This document shows, piece after piece, positions 53,111 through 64,000 of a DNA stretch of 64,000 nucleotides. The stretch comes from Lama glama (Eukaryota), in contig CM052817.1 in the NCBI GenBank assembly GCA_028534125.1, forward strand, positions 86,492,001 through 86,556,000. The letters are read 5' to 3'. The notes below the pieces were generated by a model. That model searched no databases and was not told the origin of the DNA. It saw only the letters and a program-made list of their open reading frames with translations. Positions within the stretch are counted from its first letter, which is position 1, and each line of letters starts with the position of its first letter. The position numbers were made by a program, and so were the translations under genes.

Positions 53111-54442
53111 GTGATCTAAACATCTACTTAATGCTCATTAGTAAGTGTTTCAGATTTTCCTATTTTATTCTTCATATACTCTAAGCCAAACTTTTAAAAA
53201 TGTAGACATTTTACAATGCATATATTAAAGGATTTGTATTTGCCTATAAACTGTCATTAATTTAAAAGGTGAACGTGGGCCTTTTCAAAACTTCTCCAAG
53301 TTTTGGGAACTTAAGATTATGAAAGGAATGTAATATCACAAATATATTAAAATTAATTAAAGCTATACTGAAGTGACACTAGGAGGCAGAATAGGAATTC
53401 AGATTTATTTTCACTGCATTTATATTCCGCAAGGCTTGGAAAACGTGATCAGTAATTTTAAAATATATATTATGAGAACTGACAGGATTTTATACACTTT
53501 TATTTTAAAATTATATTGCCATTATTTTATGTAAATTCAGTGTATGAAATTGTATTTCAAAAAAATATAAAATCATAGAATTAATAAGTTTCTTAATAGC
53601 TCCATAAAGACAAACTTCACTGAAGTTTGCATTAATTTGCTTATATTTAAATATAAAGTTATTTCACTGCCTAATTCAAAATTTTCTAGAAAGTTAGGTA
53701 AGAAATACAAGTCTCCCAACCCAATCAACATACTTTTCCTCCAGAAAGTAACGTATCCTCTGGTTTGCATGCGTATTCTACTTCAGTTGCTGTTCAAACA
53801 CTAGAATGGTTGAATTTGAGTTTTAAGACAAGGGGATTAATCTCCAAGTATTTACTGTTTGAGGGTTTGTTTTTTTTTTTTTTAAGCTGAGTGGGTTTTA
53901 GTATCGTAAGGGAATTAAATGGCTTTTGAGAATGATTTTTATATCAGCATGCTTCAAAGCTTTTGTAGGTTTTAAGCAACCATTTTAAAGATATTTTCTT
54001 CAAATAATGGATTTGTTTTACTCTCAGATAAGTCACCCAGTAATCCCGAGCTTTGCAGCTTATAGCTGCTATAGCCAAGGTTAATTAATTAGAAATATTA
54101 AAGCTTGGATTAACACTTGGACCTGATTCGCAAATCATTTGCTTGAAAATATTTAGGTTGCCCAGTAAATTTATTTATTTTAAAATTAACACCACACTAG
54201 AGAAAAGTAGTTTGTTTAAAGCTTTTATAATGCACTAGGTAAGCTGTAAAAAAAAAAAAAAATTAAAAAGAGCTTTCTATCTGGCTTCCCAACAGCCTAA
54301 CTGTCTTAAGCTATACTTGCTTGAAACTATTTCTGGAAATTATTATCAAAGGCATTTTTCTATATGTGGCTAACTTTTCAGAAAACAAAAAAAGCATTTT
54401 CTAAAAAATGAAAAAACAATGTGCACATTCAAATAGATGTGG

Positions 54443-55600
54443 CCTTTTTCTTCATATCCTCTCTGGCATTTATCGTTTGTGGACTTTTTAATGATGGCTG
54501 TTCTGACTGGTGTGAGGTGGTATCTCGTAGTTTTGATTTGCATTTCTCTAACAATTAGTGATTTTGAGTATCTTCTCATGTGCTAGTTGGCGATCTGGAT
54601 GTCTCCTTTGGAGAGATATCTATTTAAGTACTCTGCTCTGTCCATTTTTGATTGGGTTGCTTGTTTTGTTTTGTTTTTTTTTTTTTTTGATACTAAGCTG
54701 TATGAACTGTTTGTATATTTTGGAAATTGGTCCCTTGTTGGTCGCATCATTTGCAGATATTTTCTCCCATTCTGTAGGTTATCTTTTAATTTTATTGATT
54801 GTATCCTTATGTATGCAAAAGCTTTCAAGTTTAATTAGATCCCATTTGTTTATTTTTGCTTTCATTTCCATTATTTTAGGAGCTGGTTTGAAAAAAATAT
54901 ATTGCTGTGATTTATGTTCAAGTGTGCTCTACTTATGTTTTCCTCTAGAAGTTATATAGTATCTGGTCTTACATTTAGGTCTTTAATCCATTTTGAGTTT
55001 GTTTTTGTATTAGAGAATGTTCTAATTTCAGTCTTTTACAGGTAGCTGTCCAGTTTTCCCAGCACGACTTGTTGAAAAGATTGTCTTTTCTCCATTGTAT
55101 ATTCTTGTTTCCTTTGTCATAGATTAATTGATCATAAGTGCATGGGTTTATTTCTGGACTTCCTATCCTGTTCCATTGGTCTATGTGTCTGTTTTTGTAC
55201 CAGTACCATACCATTTTGATTACTATAGCTTTGTAGTATAGTCTGAAGTCAGGGAGTGTGATTCCTTCAGCTCCATTCACCTTTCTCAAGAGAGTTTTGG
55301 CTATTCGGGGTCTTTTGTGTTTCCATACCAATTTTAACATTTTTTTCCAGCTCTGTGAAAAATGTCATTGGTAATTTGGTAGGGACTGCATAGAATCTGT
55401 ATACTGACTTAGGTAGCATGGCCACCTGAACAATATTGATTCTTCCAATCCAAGAACATGTTATATTTTCCCATCTGTTTATGTTGTCTTCAGTTTCTTT
55501 CCTCAATATCTTATAGTTTTCAGAGTACAGGTCCTCTGCCTCCTTGAGTAAATTTATTCTTAGATATTTTATTCTTTTTGGTGCAGTGGTAAATTGGATT
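54443..55600 (-). mobile_element. Inverted 5' segment of a twin-primed young LINE-1 (ORF2 fragments)
   Basis: Minus-strand ORFs 55267..55653, 54975..55340 and 54370..54579 read as consecutive L1 ORF2 ([69 protein letters not shown]). Confidence 0.95.
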
Positions 55601-55861
55601 AGAGAAAAGAACCATCCTGCACTGTTGGTAGAAATGTAAATTGGTGCAACCACTATGGAGAACAGTATGGAGATTCCTCAGAAAAATAAAAATAGACTTA
55701 CCATACAATTCAGTAATCTCACTACTGGGCATATATCTGGAGGAAAATATAATTTGAAAAGACATATGGACCCCAGTGTTCACAGCAGCACTATTTACAA
55801 CAGCCAAGACATGGAAACAACCCAAATGTCCATTGACAGATGACTGGATAATGAAGATGTG

Positions 55862-55906
<45 letters not shown>

Positions 55907-56160
55907 GGAGTACTACTCAGCCATCAAAAAGAATAAAATAATGCCATTTGCAGCAACATGGATGGACCTGGAGATTGTCACAAAGTCAGAAAGAGAAAGA
56001 AAAATACCATATGATATCACTTATATGTGGAATCTAAAAGAAAGGACACAAATGAACTTATCTACAAAACAGAAACAGACTCACAAACATAGAGAACAAA
56101 CTTATGGCTACCAGGGGTAAATAGAGTGGGAAGGAATAAACTGGGAATTTGAAATTTGCA
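55601..56160 (+). mobile_element. Forward 3' segment of the same LINE-1, lacking its last ~215 nt and poly(A)
   Basis: From 55602 it reads [25 protein letters not shown], then [19 protein letters not shown]. Colinear with 1874-2247, stopping at gaaatttgca. Confidence 0.95.
55864..55903. repeat. (AC)20 microsatellite inside the L1
   Basis: Perfect AC repeat read directly from the sequence. Confidence 0.97.
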
Positions 56161-56315
56161 CCTCTTGAGGAGTGATGGAAATGTTAGCTATCTCGATTGT
56201 AGTGGTGGCTTCACTGGTATATACATCTACCAAAGTTCATCAGCTTGTACATCTGAAATATATGTAATTTACTATACAGGAATCATACCACAATAAAGGT
56301 GTTGAAAACATAAAA
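56161..56315 (+). mobile_element. Ancient L1M (L1MB/MC/ME-type) extreme 3' end
   Basis: gagtgatggaaatgttagctatctcgattgtagtggtgg..tatacatctaccaaagttcatcagcttgtacatc..caataaag is the canonical old-L1 3' terminus, with AATAAA at 56292. Confidence 0.85.
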
Positions 56316-56749
56316 GATGGAAAAAACAAATAAGTGTGGCCTTTTGTATTGAAAAGTAACATATGTAATTCCTGAAGTATTTTAAAAGAGCTATTATATA
56401 ACCATGGAGAATGAGATAAATACACACTATGAAACTAAGAGAATCAGTGAGCTGAACTTGGCATGTTGACACTGTTTTTGAGCATAACTTTTCCTACAAA
56501 TTATAAACTCTGGATTTTTCAAAGGTAAGCCTTAAAGGATGCTGTCTACACAATGGAAGTATCTAAAGCCTCATTGCCATGAATAGCCAAAGAAAACAGA
56601 AATGCAGATATGCTCTGAGTATTTCCTGGTAGGAAAAATAATCAAATATAGAATGCTTCCTCAAAAACTTTGTAAAATGAAGATTTTATTTTTTCATGCT
56701 AAAAAGGAAATTAAGTTTCAAAAATTAAGTTTCAAAATTAAGTTCCATG

Positions 56750-57080
56750 TTGTTTTTGACCAACATTTTCTGTATGGGCCGGATAGTTAATCTTTTAGGT
56801 TTTCAGGGTCATATGATAAATGTTACTCGACTCTGCCACTTATAGTGTAAAAGAAGCCACAGGAAAGCATGAACAAATGAATGTGGCTACGTTCCAATCA
56901 GACTTTCTTTTTGGTCACTGAAATTTTAATTTTATACAATATTTAGGTCACAATCCTTCTTTTCCTGATACATTTTCAAACATTTAAAAATGTTGAAAGC
57001 ATTCTTAGCTCATGTCCAATAGTGAAACAGTTTGCAGGCTAAATATGGTTCAAGGATTGCAATCTGTCCATGTCTCCTCT
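56750..57080. mobile_element. MER58B-like hAT-Charlie MITE
   Basis: aacattttctgtatgggccggatagttaat..actcgactctgcc..aaatgaatgtggctacgttccaat..aacatttaaaaatgttgaaagcattcttagctc matches the MER58B layout at ~330 bp. Confidence 0.85.
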
Positions 57081-57589
57081 AGTAGCATGTAGTAATCTAC
57101 TTAATTCTGAATTAAGGAAGCACAGGGCTAATAAACATTGCACAAAGGTTATCTGATTGCAGTTACCCAATAAATAGTTGCTAAAGGAATTCATGATTTA
57201 AATAGCTCACTTCTCAAGGTCTGTTTCTTCAATAGACATTATTTACAGAGGAAAGAAATAAGATTAAAATATATAGCGGCCTATTATCTAGTCTGTTTTA
57301 TGACATTTATACTGGAAAGTATAAATTTAAATTTTTTTACAGTTCTAGAATTAAAGCTTTTATGTTTAGAAGAATACATTTACGTTTATTTTTCCAAGGA
57401 TGGAAAGCTACTTTATTGCCAATTAACCTTCAAGGAAGAACTTTAAAAGTTGATCTTTCTTTTTCTCTTGCTTTCTAATGATGTATGTTTGAAAATTTGT
57501 TTAATGAAAATGAAAAACTACTAAGGTACCAATATCTTGAAAAAACAAAATCCTAGAAAGAAGAGGAGGCAGAAAAGTTTGAATGACAT

Positions 57590-58975
57590 CCGCTACTACT
57601 ATCTCTTGAAATCATGTGCTGATTCCAAAGTAAAAAAGCATCTGGAAAGCTATAACTCTATGTAGAAACTGCTTCTGAGAGACTGAGGAATTGAACAGAA
57701 CAGTATTTTAGACTTAATTGAAATTCAGAACTCACCATGGAGTAGGGACACTAATGCACACTAGACTCCTACCTGGGGCACCAGAGAAGTTGCTGGTGTG
57801 GAAATAAAGGTGAATCAGGAGAATAGAGCTATCATTAAAATTGAAGCCTCATTTTGAATATATTAACAATCTAATATATTCTCTTCTCCTTCTAACTCCC
57901 TTCCTAGAAGCAATTCCAAATTCTGAGAAAAAACAAAATTACTTATAGTCTCCAATTTTCTCCAATTTTTTCTGTACACAGTAGTTTGTTTCTATTATAA
58001 ATTCAAATATAATAATCAGACATACTGACTTAGGTTGACATGACTGGAAACCAAGAAAAAAGAGTTAAGTGATAGAAATAGATGAAGACAGAATATACTA
58101 GAACCACATATTAGAGTTTTCAGAGTAGACATTTTAAAATAATTGTGATAAGTAATATATTAAAATGAGATGATGAGATACAGATTTTGAGGAGATAAGT
58201 GAAGAATTTAAAAAGTAAAATTTTCTTTTCTGACAAATACAACTGAAATTATGAACTCAAAGTGTTTGTTTAATAATAGATCAACACAACTGAAAAGAGG
58301 TGTAAAACATACTCCACAAAGTAACTGTAAAGATTTAACAGGTGGAAACTGCATAGGAGAATGTTATACACATGAGAGATGACATAGAACCCAAAGTTCT
58401 AATGTAATAGGAAATTGAAGTCCTATAAGAAAATATGAGAAGGAATAGAGTATAAGTAAAATATGTAGTTAATGACTGAGAATTTTAAAACCTTAAAAAT
58501 GAGGTTAGTACAAATTATCAAGAAGCACTTTGAATGGGTCCTTGCAATAAAATATATCTGTACCATAGAACCTGTACAGTAGAACCGGTGGTTTCAAGCC
58601 ACAAAACAGTAAAGAGAAGAAGAAAATCTTTGGTAAGAGGAAGAATACTCTATCTTCAAAGAAGTGGAAAAAAGACTTATATAGATGACTTCTTAACAGA
58701 AATAATGGGGACTAGAAAGCAAATGGAATCGTGTTTTCAAAATGCACAAAGAAAGTGACAAATCAGATTTTGATACCCATTGGTAATATTCATCAAGAAT
58801 GAAGTAGAAACCAAGACATTTTCTGACAAATAGTAATTGAAAGAATTCATTCACGGAAGTCCTGTGCCAAATTAAAATTCATAACAAAGTAACACTACAT
58901 GCGGATGAAATTGTGGCATTGCAGTAAGTGATGAAGAACAAAGGGAATGCTAAAATAAAGGCAAATATAAATTAT
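57590..58975 (+). mobile_element. Old L1M 5' region and ORF1 remnant
   Basis: A-rich ORF1-like text (actgaaattatgaactcaa..gatcaacacaactgaaaagagg; gatgacttcttaacagaaataatggggactagaaagcaaatggaa; aagacattttctgacaaa..aaagaattcat). Confidence 0.75.
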
Positions 58976-60367
58976 ATTAGTAGGCTCTTGTGAGCCTACA
59001 TATAGAGAAATGAATTACAGTTTAATACAGTTCCTTTTTAAGAAAGTGAATAATATAGTAGGAAACATCTGTGTATGTAAAGAAACGTAGAAATTTTTCT
59101 CTCTTAAGAGGTAAATTTCAGTTATTTGGAGATATCACATGTCCAGAAAGCTTCATGCCTCAAGAAACTTCAATAAAATATGTATATTTTAAAATATTCT
59201 TTACACTGTAGTGACTAAAAAGTTTTGACTCAAAAGCCACCTTCCTTTTCTTAAGCAGAAGAGAAAGTATCATTCAACAGTGTAAACCAGTTATATGAAT
59301 AAGTATGTAAAACCAATGTGGACTTTAAATTTGAAAGACTATAATATATTTGATCCTCAACAAAGAAATTTAAATTTTCAGTAATAAATAGACATTTCTG
59401 TCTCATTTATGTACAGTCTGGGTTTAGACTTAACCAATTTGAAACTCATGGGCTATCCTCTTAATCTTCTATAAAAATAGTATGATTCAGCTGACTATAG
59501 AACAAGTTACAAGTTTATAGTGGAGTAAAATTTCAACATATGAAGTATTTAAAAAATGTAAAACATGCTTTCTACTTTTTTTTCCACTTTTATGATAAAA
59601 AGTATAAATGGCATCTTTAAAATTACAAGTGTAATCAGTCTAATAAATCTAATCTAATATTTAATCCAATCACATAGTATATCAATCTAATATTTAAATG
59701 TGTATTTATCAGGCTATGAGACAAAATATATGAATTAATATAAGAAAATGCCTTACGTTGGGACAAATTACAATAACCATGAAAACAGCAAAACTCTATA
59801 GTTTTCATATTAATGAAAGGAAGATAATTTGGAGGTTTTTACCTCCCTTGAGCTTTCACTCGCTTTATATGTAATTCTACTCAAAATTCTGCAGCCTTCT
59901 CTTTTGTACTGAGGATCAAATTGAATGAATCAAAGCTTAGAATAAGAGAGACTCTTCTTGTTTCTAAATAAATATTTGTTCAATATGTGAGGGATGGAAA
60001 AAGAAGAAGCGTTTTTATAGAGTTGCTGTGGTGGTGGAGCCCATTAAGAACTTTGAAGACACGAACTGATTTGTCATGATCTGTTCTGAGAGATGGCAAT
60101 GCTTTGCAGTGAAGCTGACAAACGCATTATCAATTGAGGGCGTGCCAGAATTGCAGTGCCTCCAAAAGCATCAAAAAGGATCCAGGAGTGTTTTGAATCA
60201 CAGACTGTGCAAATAAAAGCCAAAACAATAGCAAGATTTCACTGAATCCTCTTTGATCTATGCAAGAATCTTCTTTCAGTTAAGATTGTTATGTAGATGT
60301 TTAGACAGTGATTCAGTTGTAGATGTGGTTATCAACTATTATTTTTTAACTGAATAGAAAAATAAAA

Positions 60368-60428
60368 TACATATATGTATACACATACACATACATATAT
60401 ACATGTATATATATATACATACATATAC
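60368..60428. repeat. Imperfect (TA/CA)n low-complexity repeat
   Basis: tacatatatgtatacacatacacatacatatatacatgtatatatatatacatacatatac read directly from the sequence. Confidence 0.85.
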
Positions 60429-62019
60429 TTCTTACGGTTAAAACCAGAAAATTAAGCTATGTGGCTTGCTTTCTTTCATTTGGGGCAAGAAACTATTTTC
60501 TTTGAATCCCAGAGATAGATATTAAAATATTCGGGGAAAAGTAAAAGATGCAGAAAATAGAATGGTGGCTTAGTTAACCCTTTCTGTGGTTTTCTATAAC
60601 TTTCAGTGGGATTCTTATGATTAGGACCTGTATTGTGAGCCACTTATAGAAATGCTCACATAGGAAGGTAGGAAAAAGGGAAAACATTATCAAACCTAAA
60701 AGTATGAACTAGGTTTCTCTCGAATAAGAAATATAATCTTTATCTAAGAGATAGAACTTTTGCCATTAGTATCCAACAATTGTTTTTAGTATTCTCTAAA
60801 TATAGTCTTCAATAATTTCCATGAAGTTTCTCTGAAAGGCTTGTATACCTCACTATATCTCATTATTATGCAACTGAGCATTGCGGGTTGCAGATTTGCC
60901 TATCATAAATAATGTATTTTCTCTTTTGTGTGTCGTGGTAAAAATACACAATTTTACTTAGAACTTTTGAATAGATGATAAAAATCTGTGTTTTTTCTTC
61001 CTGTTGTTAATAACTCTTAATTAATAGATTAATCTTTTTTTTGCATCTTTCCATGAAAAAGAACAATTGTTCTGGTTTTAAATTGTCAGGAACAGAGAAT
61101 AAAATTATTCTTTTATAACCCTTATTTGACACTGGTTGAGAGTCAAGAGTGGACGTGAAAAGAATAAAATTCATAACCGTCCCTTGTGAGCTGTTCCCAC
61201 TTGAGACACTCTTCAGGGATGGAATCATTAATTCAGGATTGCCTCTTTCAATTTCTGTTTCCATCAGGAGGACATAAGGTTATATTCTATCATAAAGCAA
61301 TTTACATAATATTTCAAACTAAAGTTTCTAGGCTAAATTTTGGGGCACCCAGATAATCAGAAAAAGTTCTAAAGGGATTAAGTAGGTGTCTGAATAGCTA
61401 AGTTGCTGATGACATCAGGAAATTAAAAATTTTAATAAGGAACCAACTTCTTACCCTGTCTAGGCCTCCCACTTCCATTCAAGGTTTTAAATCCATACTT
61501 ACGTCAAGAACAAAATTGACTTTTTAATGCTGCGTCATGTTAAAATGATGTGAAGTTTCAAAAGTAATCTACCTAAATTAGTAAGTATAAAAATGAGGTA
61601 TTCATTTAGAACTTGGTTAAATTCTAACAACACAGTGGGTTCCCAATATATTTGTTCAATAAATGAACTATTTCAAATTGGATATCAGAAAATACGAAAC
61701 AAATTTTGCTTTGATTGTAGTATTAGAAGCATCATGTCAGAGACAGGAATATTCAGTGCATTCACTAATGACAAGTTTGAATGTATTCAACATTTACTTT
61801 ACGTAGCAGCATGTTTCACTTGATTGTCAGTATTACAGTTGTAAATTTTTATAACTATCAAGTGTTAAAAATTTAAATACATATCCTGTGGTTTTCAGTT
61901 TGGGTCCCTATTTTCTTAATCTTTGTTTATATTTCCCTTAACCTATTGAAGACACTTTTTAAAAGTCCACGTCTGAAAACTCCATTAACCGGATCACTTT
62001 GGGGTCTCTTTCTGTTTCT

Positions 62020-62510
62020 GGTCGGCATATCTAGTGCTCAGATTTTGGTTTCTAATATCACTCCTCAATAAAAAGAACGGGGATCTCTTGGAGAAATGAT
62101 TGATTCTAGAACTGTAGCAAGAAATATGCAAGATGAGCCTAGAGGATCTTGTAGCGCCAGAAAGCAATGAAGTACTTACAACCAGCTGACCAATGAGCAA
62201 ACTTACATGATTAATATGTTGAAGTGGCAGAAGAGCCAAATGAAAACATCTCCAAAGGCCAGAAGTGAAACAATTTAAGCAAGAAAGTAATAACTATTTG
62301 ATTACAATCCAAAGTATAAAATAAATATCCTGTAGTACGTGCTGACACAAATAAATGATTGACTGAATCAATAAAATACAGAAGAGGAGACAAATACCCT
62401 ACACAGAAGAGTTGCAAGTTATGCAGACTCCACTCTAAATGCAGGAGACAATAATATCCTGCTTCTTTAGTGTGATGTGAACACAAAAGGTACAGTACAA
62501 AAAAGGGAAA
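62020..62510 (+). mobile_element. L1MC/L1MD-type 3'UTR fragment
   Basis: ctcagattttggtttctaa..caataaaaagaac..cttggagaaatgattgattctaga..aagatgagcctagag..cttgtagcgccagaaag matches the L1MD/L1MC 3'UTR signature. Confidence 0.85.
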
Positions 62511-62968
62511 TGTAATATATACTACCCAGGAAAGCCAGTGTTATTCCATTTGGATTTATCATTGTATGAATTATGTTACAAATGAGAAATACAGTTTTTA
62601 CTGGGGATAGAGTTAGGAAATGCAGTCATGACTTTTAAAATCTCAGGCAGAATGTATGTCTTTTTGACAGTCTTTGCTTTATTCACAGTGACTGGCATAA
62701 GTACTTACTAATTGACTTAAATTAGTTTGTATTCAAAAATCAAATGATAATTATTTGAAGTAAGTCATAAAAACTCATGTCTTGTTTGAGAACATGTAGG
62801 AAGTTAAAATGATTCAAAATTCATGAGGCCTCTCCACAGTCATAAAAAGGAACTAGTGACTTGGAAGAACTGAGAAATAGAAAAAAAATGCAGGAATTAC
62901 GTTTTTTGCATACTAAATAAAATTTGAAAGTCTTAATAAATAAAATTCTGACTGGAAACCATATGTTG

Positions 62969-63427
62969 CTAACAAGATGCCTTCCTTGAGCAAACTTTAG
63001 TCATATTCCTGTGAGTGACTTTCTCAGCGAGGACTCTACCTTCAAACTCCTACATTCATCTTTGTATCACTTAATGTTAAAAATCCTGCTAATCAATTTT
63101 GCAAGAATCCCCATTCTCCATATCTGATTAGATTTCTCATTCTGTACCCTTGGTATCAGTTCCCCTTGTCCTGCCTTCAGCATAAATCCTGTCAAGTCAG
63201 TGTAGCCAGAATTCCCCCTTATTCTTGCTGCTTCCTTTCAGTAAATTTTCCATCCACTGACCCTTACCGTGCTTCTTGATTATAAATCTCCACTTGGCCT
63301 TGCTGTATTTGAAAATGGGTGCAGTTCTAGACTGATGTCTCTTTTCACCTGTAGCAATAGTCCTGAATAAATAGTCCCATTTTTACTGCTTTAATTACTG
63401 TCTGGATAAGATTTTTTTCCCTTGATA
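62969..63427 (+). mobile_element. Solo LTR, ERV1 MER31/MER67-like
   Basis: tccttgagcaaactttagtca, aatcctgctaa..gcaagaatcccc, gtaaattttccatccactgaccc, a TATA box (tataaa ~63281) and AATAAA (~63366). Confidence 0.85.
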
Positions 63428-63714
63428 CTTCCAACAAAGAGAAGAGTGATATGTTTGTGACTAAAAAATATATATATATATATTTAATGCAAATCCTCTA
63501 ATTACACCTGGATAGATAACACAAAGCAATAGACAGTTGAGAAAGCAAAGAAGCACCATATGGTCTTTTTCTCTGTTGTAGTTGTATTTTAAAACATATA
63601 TCCAGACAGAGAAACTTGCTTCACTGGAGCAAAATATGAGTTTTGAAAATGAAATCTAGGTTTTCAAAGCAATTTATACCGAACTTGAAGACATACCTTG
63701 TAAGAAGTCACTGA

Positions 63715-63771
63715 AACAAACAAACAAAAATAATAATAATAATAATAAAAAAGAAAGAAAGAAAAGAAAGG
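63715..63771. repeat. Compound A-rich microsatellite (AAAC)(AAT)(AAAG)
   Basis: aaacaaacaaacaaaaataataataataataataaaaagaaagaaagaaaagaaagg read directly from the sequence. Confidence 0.9.
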
Positions 63772-63794
63772 CAAGTTAGTTACTCTTCTAGAAC

Positions 63795-63946
63795 ATTGTT
63801 TCTCAACGAATAGATATAGACATCTGAATTTGAGTCACCTAGTAGTGTAGTCATTTAAAAGAAGCATTTCTGGACTCCACACCAGTCAACTAATTCAGAA
63901 CAGCTCAGGACATTTTTTTTTTTTGTACCTGGGTTAAGAACCACTT
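63795..63946. mobile_element. MER5A-like hAT-Charlie MITE
   Basis: Decayed terminal inverted repeats cattgtttctcaa..ttaagaaccact, with internal gagtcacct..ttctggactccacaccag..aattcagaa. Confidence 0.7.
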
Positions 63947-64000
63947 TTCAAGGGCCATCAAATTGCTAACCTAAAAAGAAATACTCCATTAATTCCACAA

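Noticed and set aside
54370..56120. Cluster of 60-130 aa ORFs that look like a gene
   Set aside because: All are frameshifted or stop-interrupted LINE-1 ORF2 fragments or their antisense frames. There is no intact reverse transcriptase.
56708..56746. Three tandem copies of aaattaagtt(t/c)c, and other short direct repeats (37404-37425)
   Set aside because: These are simple slippage duplications with no spacers. They are not a CRISPR-like array, and the DNA is eukaryotic.
61007..61290. ORF METEIERGNPELMIPSLKSVSSGNSSQGT as a possible coding exon
   Set aside because: An in-frame stop lies just upstream, there is no convincing acceptor/donor pair in frame, and I do not recognise the peptide.
1..64000. 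L1 strand bias as evidence for the direction of a host gene
   Set aside because: Plus- and minus-oriented L1 insertions occur in similar numbers, so no direction can be inferred.

Overview
AT-rich, CpG-depleted mammalian genomic DNA, intergenic or deep within a very long intron. The lineage-specific L1 3' ends are of cetartiodactyl type, and I saw no Alu, B1/B2, Bov-tA/A2, PRE1 or Can-SINE. This points to a camelid (Camelus/Vicugna/Lama), which is an inference from remembered consensus sequences. No host protein-coding gene, RNA gene, CpG island or CRISPR-type system can be supported. The only ORF-track entries I recognise are decayed LINE-1 ORF2 fragments. The window is mostly a layered record of transposons: young and old L1, HAL1, L2, MIR, MaLR/ERVL/ERV1 solo LTRs (two with intact 4-bp TSDs), an ERV1 internal fragment and hAT/mariner MITEs. 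The best leads are: (1) a minus-strand recursive-splice-site-like motif (branch point, pyrimidine tract, TAG|GTAAGG) opening a 168-nt RS-exon candidate at 21774-21941; (2) a 5'-inverted (twin-primed) L1 whose own 3' end is replaced by an ancient L1M 3' end; (3) a closely spaced inverted pair of L1 3' ends; (4) a solo LTR carrying a 16-bp double E-box palindrome and a CTCF-like motif; (5) three unique-sequence enhancer candidates. I do not see a convincing new biological system. Repeat family names come from recalled similarity, not a database search, and boundaries without TSDs are approximate.
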